From NCBI GenBank assembly GCA_965237955.1, contig OZ250169.1:5664001-5728000 (forward strand): 64,000 nucleotides of DNA. The letters are read 5' to 3'. Positions 20,332-29,954 of this stretch are shown piece by piece. Below the pieces are notes generated by a model. That model saw nothing but the letters and a program-made list of their open reading frames with translations. It did not search any database and was not told the origin of the DNA. Made by a program: the position numbers and the translations under genes. How positions within the stretch are numbered: the first letter of the stretch is position 1; each line of letters begins with the position of its first letter. Source of the DNA: Candidatus Marinacidobacterales bacterium (GTDB taxonomy: Bacteria; Acidobacteriota; Vicinamibacteria; Marinacidobacterales; SMYC01).

Positions 20332-21292
20332 AGATTCGCCACTCTCCTCTGCCGACTGCCACTCCGAAGAGCTCGCGATACGCTTGCGGGAGAAACCCGA
20401 TTCCGAGCGCGGCGTTCGCGACCATGAACGTCAAGTGCGCCGCGAGGCTGTAAGCGAGAAGCTGCGGAGCGGGGACAACGTCGCCGTGGAAGAAGATCCA
20501 TGCGAGCGGCGTGGTTCCGAGACGAGCCACGTTGATGGGAAGCGCACCGACGATAAAGATGATGGGCAGCGTTGCGAGCAGGCGGACGAACGGGATTTCG
20601 AACCCGAAACTGCGGATGGCGTAGCTATGGGCGGCGACCGCGAGCAGCAACAAAGGTGCTTTGAGCGCCAGCACTCCCAAGTAGTGCTCAGGCCGCGCCA
20701 GTCGAAACGTTCGCAACAAGCGCCAGTCCGGAGCTTTCAGAACCTTCCCTAGGAACGCGAAGCCCCCATGGACGTAGCCGAGGAACACGAACCACAGTAA
20801 GACGACGGCGACGGGTGCAAGCAGAAGCGCGGGCGGCAGTTGCTCGGAGACGAGCAGCATCCCGACACTCGCCCACAGAATGAGGTGGGTCTTCTGCAGG
20901 AAATCGAGGAAGAGAATCGTGCTCGCGATCTCGAGCAAGCCCGCTGACAATCCCCGTGCAAGGTAGGCAACCATCGCGCCCTGCGACAGGCGGTGGTTCA
21001 AGATCGAGAGCAAATAGTCGACGGCTCGCACCAGCAGCAGGTTGCGAAAAGAAAGCTTGCCGTGAAACCAGCGCACGACGTACCCGAGCACGACGCTATC
21101 GAGCGCGAAGTACAAGATCGAGAAAGGGAGGAGCGCGAGAAAAAAGCGCGTGTAGTCCGCCTGCGTCAACGCGTCCACAAACGCTTCGAACGGGATCTTG
21201 CGGAAGATCAGAACGAGGATGGTGACGGTCAAGACCGGGGGCACGATGATGCGCCACAACTCGACGGACCGTCGTTTTCGTCCCCGATCCAT
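20231..21292 (-). CDS. Flippase-like membrane protein (LPG synthase TM/UPF0104)
   Basis: About 8 hydrophobic segments; LPINVARLGT resembles the LPxxxxGxG family motif. Confidence 0.7.
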   Translation of the reverse strand: MDRGRKRRSVELWRIIVPPVLTVTILVLIFRKIPFEAFVDALTQADYTRFFLALLPFSILYFALDSVVLGYVVRWFHGKLSFRNLLLVRAVDYLLSILNHRLSQGAMVAYLARGLSAGLLEIASTILFLDFLQKTHLILWASVGMLLVSEQLPPALLLAPVAVVLLWFVFLGYVHGGFAFLGKVLKAPDWRLLRTFRLARPEHYLGVLALKAPLLLLAVAAHSYAIRSFGFEIPFVRLLATLPIIFIVGALPINVARLGTTPLAWIFFHGDVVPAPQLLAYSLAAHLTFMVANAALGIGFLPQAYRELFGVAVGRGEWRIFTGERFRQLPEESRDSSASPPDFPSGPRELPSA

Positions 21293-21301
21293 GTCTACGC
21301 C

Positions 21302-21949
21302 TTAACCGCCTATTCCTGTAATACGAATTCCGGTGGATTTTACGCCGTAGTGCTTGTTGATTTTCAACAAGATGCCGGTAATCGCCTCGGCCACGCGAGC
21401 CTGCCGCAAAGCGCCCGCGATCACCCCGCGAAGCCCGGTCTCGTCGACGAGTGCACGCGCCGTCTCGCGGGCATCGGCATCGTCGCCGCAGATGAGGACG
21501 TCCTCCGGATCGGACTCCGTTTTTCTGAGGGTGCCGGCGGAGACCGTCTGAAACGCGGCGACCACGCGGATGGCGCTTCCGAGTGCTTCCTGGGCGTCCT
21601 CGGCCGCGGAAGGTTTGCTCGTCGGACCCGGCGGCCATGCAATGGTCGCGACCACGAGAATCTTCCCGTCGAGCTCGCTCGCGAGGCCGGTCAAAATCTC
21701 GATGTGCCCGGTGTCGGGTAACGTCGAAACGACCACTTCGGCGCCGGCGGCAGCTTCGCGGTTACTCGTTCCCTGGATGCGCGTCGTCCCGAGCTTCTCG
21801 TTCAAGGCGTCTGCGATCTTCCGCCCTTTCGATGCGAGCCGCGAGCCGAGAATGACCTCGCGACCCGCGCGCGCCCAACGAAGAGCAAGGCCCTGGCCCT
21901 CTTTTCCTGTCCCACCCAAAATCGCAAGCGTCATCGATGCTCTCTCCAT
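21302..21949 (-). CDS. npdG: NADPH-dependent F420 reductase
   Basis: ILGGTGKEGQGLALRWA, LGSR, SAAE, AAFQTVSA, DVLICGDD; directly follows cofE. Confidence 0.88.
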   Translation of the reverse strand: MERASMTLAILGGTGKEGQGLALRWARAGREVILGSRLASKGRKIADALNEKLGTTRIQGTSNREAAAGAEVVVSTLPDTGHIEILTGLASELDGKILVVATIAWPPGPTSKPSAAEDAQEALGSAIRVVAAFQTVSAGTLRKTESDPEDVLICGDDADARETARALVDETGLRGVIAGALRQARVAEAITGILLKINKHYGVKSTGIRITGIGG

Positions 21950-22707
21950 CAGCGAAAAAGATCGCGGGCCTCGTCCCGCACGAGCGAAGCGGCGCCGTCA
22001 TCACCGGGTGTATAGCGGTAGCCTCTCACGACGGCAACGGGAATGCGGTCGAGTTTTCCCATGACGAGCTCCGCCGCTCCCGCGAGCTCATCGGCGACGG
22101 CGATCACAGTCGACGCGAGCGAGCGTCCGTCCGCGTCGGATCGACCACGATAGTCGTTCAGTGGATTCAAGCCGGCGATACCGATCGCCACGTTGACCAC
22201 GCCTTCGCGCCATGGGCGGCCGAACGTATCCGAGATGATGACCGCGATGCGCGCGCCGGTTGCGTCTTGGAGCTCGCGCTGCAGCCGTTCCGCCGAGCGG
22301 TCAGGCTCGCGGGGAAGCGAAGTCGCCGCATCGGGGGAGCCGACGTTCGAAGCGTCGACGCCGGAGTTAGCGCACACGAAGCCATGGCGCGTCTCGGTGA
22401 TCAAGACGCCGCGATCCATTCTGACGATTCGTTTCGCTTCTCGAAGCGCGAGCTCGACGAGCCGTGGATCCTTGCCGGATTCCCGGGCGAACGTGCTGGC
22501 GATGGGGGATGGGTCCACGTTGCTCAGCGACTCGATACACCCTTCCGCTTTCGAAACGATTTTCTGGGTAATGACGACGACATCGCTGTCGACGAGCTCC
22601 AGGTTTCCGCGACGACACGCCTCGAGGATGAGCATCGCCAGCTCGTTGCCGGGAGCGATCTCTGGCAGGCCGGCGACTCCGATCACCTCGATGCGTTTAT
22701 TCGCCAC
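21949..22707 (-). CDS. cofE: Coenzyme F420-0:L-glutamate ligase
   Basis: TQKIVSKAEG, GFVCANSGVDASN, SDTFGRPWREG, VADELA, DLFR end. Confidence 0.93.
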   Translation of the reverse strand: MANKRIEVIGVAGLPEIAPGNELAMLILEACRRGNLELVDSDVVVITQKIVSKAEGCIESLSNVDPSPIASTFARESGKDPRLVELALREAKRIVRMDRGVLITETRHGFVCANSGVDASNVGSPDAATSLPREPDRSAERLQRELQDATGARIAVIISDTFGRPWREGVVNVAIGIAGLNPLNDYRGRSDADGRSLASTVIAVADELAGAAELVMGKLDRIPVAVVRGYRYTPGDDGAASLVRDEARDLFR

Positions 22708-22805
22708 GGGGCGCGATTATAGAACTACTCCGCCGCATTTGGGTGTTCCGCAGGAACTGAAAAATATCCCCACTGAGTCACAGAGCGGCGGATCCGCAAC
22801 CCAAA

Positions 22806-23008
22806 TCTTTCAACGCAAAGTCGCCAAGGCGCAAAGACGCAAAGGAAGGCCGAATGCGGGTCTCTGCGCCTCGCGGCGCTTGGTTGGGCTACGCACTGCT
22901 CCCGGCAAGAACGCAGAATGTTGGGAACTCAGCATCAGCGCCGAAGGCGCTCTAGTTCGCGCCCTTGCGACTTTGTGCCTTTGCGTTAAGTTTTTCTTCT
23001 CCGGGAAC
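22806..23008. repeat. Dispersed ~200 bp palindromic intergenic element, copy 1
   Basis: Arms caacgcaaagtcgccaagg / ccttgcgactttgtgcctttgcgttaag; collinear similarity with 45488-45718. Confidence 0.75.
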
Positions 23009-23030
23009 ACGCGGGCTACCATTCGGCGCG

Positions 23031-24509
23031 ATGGAACACGGTAGCGGAGACGCTCTTCGTCACTATCACGAGGCGACGAAGCACAGCTACGAGAGCGTCC
23101 GCATGACGCCGCACTTTCTCGATTGGGACAATCAGCCGCTTCCGTTCAAGTTGTACAAAGATGTAGAGCAGGTTGCGCTGCCGGACGTATCTGCGTCCGC
23201 CGATGGGAATACACCTGGTGTTGGGATCGGCGAGCTCGCGCGGGTCTTGTTCTATAGCGCGGGCGTCACGAAAAAGCGCCGTTTCCCGGGCGGTGAAATG
23301 GTGTTCCGCGCCGCCGCGTGTACGGGCGCGCTCTATCACATCGAGATATACGTCATCGCCGGTTCGCTCGACGGGTTGGACGCCGGCGTTTATCACTACG
23401 GTCCAAAAGATTCCGTCTTGTCCCGACTACGGGACGGTGATTGGCGCCGAGCCCTCGTCGCTGCAACCGGCGATGAGCCTGAGCTCAGCGAGGCGCCGGC
23501 GGCGCTGGTTTTGACGAGCACGTTCTGGCGAAATGCGTGGAAGTATCGCGCTCGCGCGTATCGTCATTCGTTTTGGGACAGCGGCACGATGTTCGCCAAT
23601 CTCGAAGCGATCGCGGCCAAGCTCGACCTGCGAGCGCATCTCGTTCTCGGCTTTGCCGACGATGAGGTGAACCGTCTCATCGATGTGGACGGTGACAAGG
23701 AAGCCGCAGTTGAGATCGTCGCGATCGGCGCTCTCGGCAGCCACGCCGAGGATGGCGAGCGCGGGATTCCCGCCGCACCGGGGGTAGCTCGACGGCTCGA
23801 GCTCGACACGGTGCCGTTGTCGCGGATGGAAGTCGACTATCCGCCGATCCGTGAAGCTCACCGGAGCTCTTCGCTCCCCAGTGGCGATGCGGCGAGAACG
23901 TGGCGGGGCGTGCACGTGAGCTCCCGTGCATCCCTGTCTCCGCCCAGCGACGTCGAGGCCGTGATCCGCCGCCGAGGCTCGTCGCGTCGTTTCGAGCGGT
24001 GTTCGATCGAGAAAAACGCCGCCATGCAGGTTATCGGCTCGACGCTTCCCGCGGTCGATTCTGACGTGCCGGCTCTCGGTGACGTGTACGTGATCGTCAA
24101 CGACGTCGACGGGATCTCGTCCGGATCGTATTTCTACCCGCGCGACGGCGCCGAGCGAGGCAGCCTCCAGCTACTCGAGAGCGGGGAATTCCGAGACGCG
24201 GCGCGGCACCTCGATCTCGAGCAGGATCTCGCGGGCGATGCGAGCGTGAACGTCTACGTTCTGACATCGCTCGATGCCGTGGTGATGCGCTATGGCGATC
24301 GCGGCTATCGGGCGGCGCAGCTCGAGGGCGGCGTCCTCGGTGGAAGGATGTACTTGGCGAGCTATGCACAAGGCCTGGGGGCGACAGGGCTTACGTTTTT
24401 CGATGACGCCGTCACCGACTTTTTCTCGCCTCACGCGAGGGGAAAGGCGGTGATGTTTCTGCTCGCGTTCGGGGTGCCGGCGAAGCGAAAGGTGTTGTTT
24501 CAGCGCTGA
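23031..24509 (+). CDS. SagB/ThcOx-type double nitroreductase-domain protein
   Basis: YHEATKH, LDWDNQPLPFK, RAAACTGALYHIEIY, WKYRARAYR, RRGSSRRF, GATGLTFFDD. Confidence 0.88.
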   Translation: MEHGSGDALRHYHEATKHSYESVRMTPHFLDWDNQPLPFKLYKDVEQVALPDVSASADGNTPGVGIGELARVLFYSAGVTKKRRFPGGEMVFRAAACTGALYHIEIYVIAGSLDGLDAGVYHYGPKDSVLSRLRDGDWRRALVAATGDEPELSEAPAALVLTSTFWRNAWKYRARAYRHSFWDSGTMFANLEAIAAKLDLRAHLVLGFADDEVNRLIDVDGDKEAAVEIVAIGALGSHAEDGERGIPAAPGVARRLELDTVPLSRMEVDYPPIREAHRSSSLPSGDAARTWRGVHVSSRASLSPPSDVEAVIRRRGSSRRFERCSIEKNAAMQVIGSTLPAVDSDVPALGDVYVIVNDVDGISSGSYFYPRDGAERGSLQLLESGEFRDAARHLDLEQDLAGDASVNVYVLTSLDAVVMRYGDRGYRAAQLEGGVLGGRMYLASYAQGLGATGLTFFDDAVTDFFSPHARGKAVMFLLAFGVPAKRKVLFQR

Positions 24510-24654
24510 GACGTCACGTGGCGGCAAGTGGCCATCCCGGTTGTCGATTTGTGCTTCTTTAGGTAGCATAGAGGTAACTATCAAAATGTAAAGCTTCTGA
24601 TGCGCCGGACCCCCAACGGCCCGCGCGCGTAATTCCTCTGACACGGAGGTAGCT

Positions 24655-25455
24655 GTGTTGAAACATCAGCAGCTCAGCAGTGTTGCGACTGCGTCGGACG
24701 GTTTGAGCCTCGTCGACCTCGCGCGACACGAACGTGAGCGCGAACGGATCTTTCGCTTTTTTCGGCTGAACTTGGAGCCGCGAGAAGTCGAGTACCACTG
24801 GCAACGGCTTCTTTTGCACCATGCGCGGTTTCCCACGCGCCAAGCTCGGAAGGTCGACCTGCGGACCGCCGCGTTCGATTACTTCCTCAACGAGACCGAT
24901 CTCCTGGTGGAGCCTTTGGTCATGGAGCGAGAGCAGCTCCGGCAGACGGAGCTCATGGCCTACTTCGACCACCTCACCGGGCTCCGCAACTACGCGTATT
25001 TCGAGAGCGAGATCAAAACCGAGGTCGCGCGGGCCAAGCGCTACGACACGTCGCTGTGTCTGCTCCTCGTGGACCTGGACGAGTTCAAGCTCGTCAACGA
25101 TACCTTCGGGCACCTTGTCGGAAACGAAGTCCTCCGCGAAGTGGGGCACATTCTCCAAAAGCGTCTCCGTTCCAGTGACCTCGTCGCGCGCTTTGGTGGA
25201 GACGAGTTCGCGGCGCTGTTGCATCGCACCGATCCGACCGACGGGCACCGGATAGCACGAAGTCTTTGCAGGAGCATCGACGAGCAGTTCAAGGAGAGCG
25301 CTCAGATCGAGCTTCCACGTCCGTTGACCGCGAGCTTCGGTCTGAGCGCTCTGCCGCTTCAAGCTGACGACGAGGTGAAGTTGTTCGAGCTGGCCGACAA
25401 AGCGCTCTATCGAGCGAAACGCGCCGGCGGCAACTGCGTCGTGTACGCGTCGTAA
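24655..25455 (+). CDS. Diguanylate cyclase
   Basis: DHLTGLRN, DLDEFKLVNDTFGH, RSSD I-site, RFGGDEF, ADKALYRAK; RBS GGAGG. Confidence 0.93.
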   Translation: MLKHQQLSSVATASDGLSLVDLARHERERERIFRFFRLNLEPREVEYHWQRLLLHHARFPTRQARKVDLRTAAFDYFLNETDLLVEPLVMEREQLRQTELMAYFDHLTGLRNYAYFESEIKTEVARAKRYDTSLCLLLVDLDEFKLVNDTFGHLVGNEVLREVGHILQKRLRSSDLVARFGGDEFAALLHRTDPTDGHRIARSLCRSIDEQFKESAQIELPRPLTASFGLSALPLQADDEVKLFELADKALYRAKRAGGNCVVYAS

Positions 25456-25478
25456 GCCCTGAGGGCCCAAGCCTGTCG

Positions 25479-27458
25479 CTACTCGAAGGACGCGGCGGTC
25501 CTCGCCGCAGGCGGTGGGTAGTCGGGACGGATAAACCGACTGCGGATATCTCGCGAAAGCCACACTGCGCCCCACCCGATCCATCCGATCAAGATTACCG
25601 TTGCCGCGACACGGCCGGTCCTCGCGGCTTGACGCCAAACGTCGAGCAACATCCCTAGCGCAAACACGATGACCGGAAGGATCACTAGATCGTCCTTCGA
25701 GAACTGGAATATGTGTGTCGATCCCAAACCGGCTCGCAGGAAGTTCAACCCCACGAAGGTTGCGATGGCGGCACCTGCCAGAGGTCCGACGAGCGAGCTG
25801 GTAAGCTTGCCGCGCAGGAAGTAGAGGCCTCCGAGAGCCAGGAAGCCCCAAAATCCATAGAAGAGATTCAGTCGGTGTGCCGTCATCGAGAGCGCGGCAA
25901 GTGGGGTGAACGTGACATCGACCAACTCCGAGACCAACTCCGAGCTCGAACCGGCTGCCTCGGGTCGCGTCAGAATCTCGGGGATGTATTGCCAGTAGAA
26001 ACTGAAGACGGCGGCGAGAGCACCGACGAGCGCCCACGCCGCGATCGCGACGAGGCGTTTGCTCTCGGGACGACGATCCTTTTTAACAAACACGAAGGCG
26101 AGGCAAAACGCGGGAACGAGCATGCCGAGGACGAGCGCGCTTCCGGCATATGACAAGATCGAGACTGCGACGAGCGATGCGAACCCCATCGCGTAGAGCG
26201 GTCGTTCGATACGGTCGAAGAACAACACGAGGTAGAGCACGACCACCGTGTCCCAAAAATGCCCGAACAAAGCTGCGTACGACGCAACGGCCAGGCGGAA
26301 CGCGAGGACCCGTGCCGTTGCATGTAGAAGTACGACGAACACCGCCGCGTTCCCGGTGAGGCCGAGTGTTCGCGCCAACGCGAACAGGACGAGCGCTTCG
26401 ACCGCGAGAAGCGCCGCTGGGACGAGCTTCATCCACTCTTCCACCGGGAGCTCGAGAAGGCTCAGGGGGTAGATCGTCAAGTAGAGGAGAGGTGGATACG
26501 GGAACGCCAACCATTGATTGCCGACGAGCTGGAGGCCGAGAAGATGCGTGTGCTGGTTCTCAATGTAGTTCGCAAAGAAGCCATCGAGCCCTTCGGTCCA
26601 GATGAGAGAAACGAACTTCGAGTGCGTGCGGACGTCGGGATAGTAGAAATCGGGGTGGAACAAGGCGAACAACCGGATCGCGAGACCCAGGTAGACCAGG
26701 TATACCGCCCATCGCGCTTCGGACGTCGCGAACGCCGAGCCTTGGACTCGCTGCCTGAGCAGGAAGAACAAGACCAGGAGGGCGGCGATGACGTGCGTGC
26801 GCATGCCGAGCGTCGCGCTCGCGTGCACGGGCCATAGTTTGTGGAAACCGGTGAGCACGACCAGCGCGAAAGCGGCAAGCGCGCTCGAGACAGATGCCAC
26901 CTTGAAGCCGAGCCCCAGGAGACGGGGGACGATGTAGAACGCCGCCACCCACGAGAGCATCCACAGTAAGGCTGGTGCGTTCGGCACGACCGCGCCGAAT
27001 TGGGGTGACGGGCGAATCTGCATCCAGTCGAGTGCGAGCCCGAGCGGTCTCGGATCGTCCGAGCGAGAGAGGAGACGGAGCTCGAACGGACCGCCGTCGG
27101 TGTTGTCTGTGTGAAGGTCGATGAGTCCGAAGTCTCGTTGCGGCACGGTCGCGGTTTCGAGGAGCTCGTCGCCGAGAAAGAAACGAACATCTGCGGGAGA
27201 GGCAATGTGTCGCTTGTAGCGCAACGTCACATCGTACGGGCCGCTCAAGTGGAACGGGACGATTACCGTAGAGCGATCGCTCGACCAGTGGATGATGGTC
27301 GGCTCATCGACTTCGAAGTCTTCGCGAAAGCCGCGCGTGTAGCGTGTGTCGTTGGGCCCGAAATCGAGGAAGATGTCGGAAGGAAGCTGGAAAGCGAGCA
27401 GAAGGGCGAAAGCGGCGAGCACGAGGAGCAGACCGACGCGAAAGGCGTCCGCGCTCAT
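25479..27458 (-). CDS. Polytopic membrane protein, possible GT-C glycosyltransferase
   Basis: 659 aa, more than 10 TM segments, YPD...H and FPYPPLLY loop motifs. Confidence 0.6.
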   Translation of the reverse strand: MSADAFRVGLLLVLAAFALLLAFQLPSDIFLDFGPNDTRYTRGFREDFEVDEPTIIHWSSDRSTVIVPFHLSGPYDVTLRYKRHIASPADVRFFLGDELLETATVPQRDFGLIDLHTDNTDGGPFELRLLSRSDDPRPLGLALDWMQIRPSPQFGAVVPNAPALLWMLSWVAAFYIVPRLLGLGFKVASVSSALAAFALVVLTGFHKLWPVHASATLGMRTHVIAALLVLFFLLRQRVQGSAFATSEARWAVYLVYLGLAIRLFALFHPDFYYPDVRTHSKFVSLIWTEGLDGFFANYIENQHTHLLGLQLVGNQWLAFPYPPLLYLTIYPLSLLELPVEEWMKLVPAALLAVEALVLFALARTLGLTGNAAVFVVLLHATARVLAFRLAVASYAALFGHFWDTVVVLYLVLFFDRIERPLYAMGFASLVAVSILSYAGSALVLGMLVPAFCLAFVFVKKDRRPESKRLVAIAAWALVGALAAVFSFYWQYIPEILTRPEAAGSSSELVSELVDVTFTPLAALSMTAHRLNLFYGFWGFLALGGLYFLRGKLTSSLVGPLAGAAIATFVGLNFLRAGLGSTHIFQFSKDDLVILPVIVFALGMLLDVWRQAARTGRVAATVILIGWIGWGAVWLSRDIRSRFIRPDYPPPAARTAASFE

Positions 27459-28102
27459 GGGGTTTTCGTGCTGGGGCTTTTTTGGCTGCCGTGGTTGTTT
27501 GTGACCGCGACGACGCGCGCCATGTAGTAGTCACACACGCCACTGCGGAAGAGCTGTTCGTCCTCGAAACGGAAAAACGGCTCCAACAGGGTGCGATAGT
27601 CGTCGGCAGGACGGATGTAGTGGCCGTTCTCGGCCCAGTGGAGGAGGTGTCCGATCAGATTCAGCCGTGACTCGGTGGGGATGTCTTCGATGAAGAGGGC
27701 TGTTCCTCCCGGCCGCAACACACGTTTCATCCCCGAAAGCACGGCGCTGACGTCGTCGTCGTCGAGGTGGTGCAACAGACCGTAGACGAGGGCGTCGTCG
27801 AACGCCCCTTCGGGGAAATCCAGCGCCCGCGCGTCCTGAACCGAGAACTGCCCCTGATAATGCTCCTTGGCGAAGCGAATATACTTCGGGTTGAGATCGA
27901 CCCCGGTGTATGCGTCTTTCGGGAACAGGTCCGAGAACGCGCCAGGCCCGCAGGCGACGTCGAGCACTTTGCGCCCGGGACGCGAGCCCAGGTGGTCGCT
28001 GATGGTCTTCCGGATGACCTTGAAGTTCGCCTCCAGGAGCCCCCGGCAGAAGAGGAAAAAACGCGGGTAGTCGGAGAGTTTCTCGATAAGAGCGTGCAGC
28101 AT
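27455..28102 (-). CDS. Class I SAM-dependent methyltransferase
   Basis: VLDVACGPG, GVDLN, LLHHL, RVLRPGG. Confidence 0.9.
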   Translation of the reverse strand: MLHALIEKLSDYPRFFLFCRGLLEANFKVIRKTISDHLGSRPGRKVLDVACGPGAFSDLFPKDAYTGVDLNPKYIRFAKEHYQGQFSVQDARALDFPEGAFDDALVYGLLHHLDDDDVSAVLSGMKRVLRPGGTALFIEDIPTESRLNLIGHLLHWAENGHYIRPADDYRTLLEPFFRFEDEQLFRSGVCDYYMARVVAVTNNHGSQKSPSTKTP

Positions 28103-28170
28103 GTAACGTCCGCGCAGATATTATCGCAGCGGGATTGAAAAACCGAATCGAGCGAAGGTTAGAATAAGCC

Positions 28171-29244
28171 ATGCGAATCGCCCTCGCATTCGGCCCATTC
28201 GCTTTTGTAGCGCTCGGCCACGCTGCGCTTGCCGCTCAGGATCTCGAGCGGCAAGTCATGCAGGTTTTCGAGCGCGCCGGTCCCGGGGTCGTGAACATCA
28301 CCAGCCGCAGTATCTCGTATGATTTCTTTCTGCGCCCGATACCGCAGGAAGGCTCCGGCTCTGGATTCGTGTACGACGCGGCCGGGCATATCGTCACGAA
28401 TTTTCACGTCATCGAAGGCGCACGAGAGCTTCACGTGACCTTCTACGACGAGACGAGAGTGCCGGCGAGCGTCGTCGGGTTCGATCCGTCCAACGACCTC
28501 GCGGTGATCCAAGTCGATGTCGCGTCGGAAGTTCTGAACGTCATCCCCATACGAGCTTCCGATGAGCTGAGAGTGGGGCGCTTCGTCGTCGCCATCGGCA
28601 ACCCTTTCGGCCTCCAGCAAACGCTCACCACAGGCGTGGTCAGCTCGCTCGGGCGGGTCATTCAAAGTCCCGATGGCCGGTTCATCGGGGAGATCATCCA
28701 AACGGATGCCGCGATCAATCCGGGGAACTCGGGCGGTCCGCTCTTGGACTTGCAGGGCCATGTGGTCGGGCTGAACTCGGCGATCATCAGTCCGAGCCGG
28801 GCTTCGGCGGGGATCGGCTTCGCGATCCCCGCGAGCACGTTGGAGCGCGTCGTGCCCGAGCTCATCGCGCGCGGACGTTACGCCCATCCGTGGCTCGGGG
28901 TCTCGTTGATGGATGTCAGCTCGAATCTCGCGGCGAGGCTGAATCGAAACGGTGTTCGCTCGCCCGGCGGCGGCGGCGTGCTCGTGGCGGAAGTGCTCCG
29001 GCGAGGTCCCGCAGGAGCAGCCGGGATCCGTGGACCGCAAAGGATGGGACGCCTCGGAAATCTCCGCGTTCCACTCGGTGCCGACTACATCCTCGCGATC
29101 GGCGACGAGCCCGTCCGCACGAGACGCGATCTCACCGTGGTGCTCGAGACCCAATACCGTGTCGGCGACACTGTCCAAGTCTCGATCTGGCGCGAGGGCC
29201 GCGTGGTGGAGATTCCTCTCAAACTAGGGGAGCGGCCTCGATAG
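28171..29244 (+). CDS. HtrA/DegP-family serine protease with PDZ domain
   Basis: GSGSGF, TNFHV, DLAV, IQTDAAINPGNSGGPL. Confidence 0.93.
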   Translation: MRIALAFGPFAFVALGHAALAAQDLERQVMQVFERAGPGVVNITSRSISYDFFLRPIPQEGSGSGFVYDAAGHIVTNFHVIEGARELHVTFYDETRVPASVVGFDPSNDLAVIQVDVASEVLNVIPIRASDELRVGRFVVAIGNPFGLQQTLTTGVVSSLGRVIQSPDGRFIGEIIQTDAAINPGNSGGPLLDLQGHVVGLNSAIISPSRASAGIGFAIPASTLERVVPELIARGRYAHPWLGVSLMDVSSNLAARLNRNGVRSPGGGGVLVAEVLRRGPAGAAGIRGPQRMGRLGNLRVPLGADYILAIGDEPVRTRRDLTVVLETQYRVGDTVQVSIWREGRVVEIPLKLGERPR

Positions 29245-29484
29245 CTAAGTTTCTTCCAGTCCCCGTGCGCCTGTCCCTCCCCGACGAGGTTCGCTGAAAA
29301 GGTAAAAAAGGGGACAGGGACTACTTTGCCAGATGGTCACAAAGGCGCAAACAAAAGCACACGACACGACCTCCGTGCGTCCATCGCCTGTTGAGTGAAC
29401 CACGGTGCGCGCGCCCCTCTGTGCCAACCTCCTTGAGACACTTTGCCCCTTGAAATTAGTGTAGAGGGCGGAGGAGGATCATGA

Positions 29485-29952
29485 ATGACTACGTTGATTG
29501 AGAGAATGACCCCGGCGGGATCGGAAGGAGCCCGTAGGGCGACTGCAGATCGCGCCGGCCGCGATGCGGCGGGGGCCCCGGATCCCGAAGTGAGTGAGCA
29601 AGCGAAGCGTCGACGCTTTACCGCGGAGTACAAGCTGCGGATGGTGCGCGAGGCGGATGCCTGCAAGGGTGACGGCGATGTTGCAGCTCTTCTGCGTCGA
29701 GAGGAACTGTACTCGTCGCATCTTTCGAGTTGGCGTCGCCAACGTGACAAGATTGCCAAGGCGGGGTTGACGTCGAGAAAGCGAGGCCGGAAGGCGAAGG
29801 CAGAGGATCCACGGGTCAAGGAGCTCGAGCGCGAGAACGCCCGACTCCAACGTCGCCTGGCTCGGGTGGAGACGATGTTGGAGATCCAAAAAAAAGCCTC
29901 CGAACTGCTGGGGATCCCCCTGAATCCACTAGACAGCGACAGGACCGACTGA
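29485..29952 (+). CDS. IS3 type A OrfA
   Basis: Near-identical to 11728-12195. Confidence 0.88.
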   Translation: MTTLIERMTPAGSEGARRATADRAGRDAAGAPDPEVSEQAKRRRFTAEYKLRMVREADACKGDGDVAALLRREELYSSHLSSWRRQRDKIAKAGLTSRKRGRKAKAEDPRVKELERENARLQRRLARVETMLEIQKKASELLGIPLNPLDSDRTD

Positions 29953-29954
29953 TC

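Noticed and set aside
23031-24509. RiPP (azole) biosynthesis cluster suggested by the SagB-like gene
   Set aside because: No YcaO, precursor peptide or transporter nearby.
24510-24654. Possible c-di-GMP riboswitch upstream of the GGDEF gene
   Set aside because: I could not identify the conserved motifs of either class; an Rfam scan would be needed.
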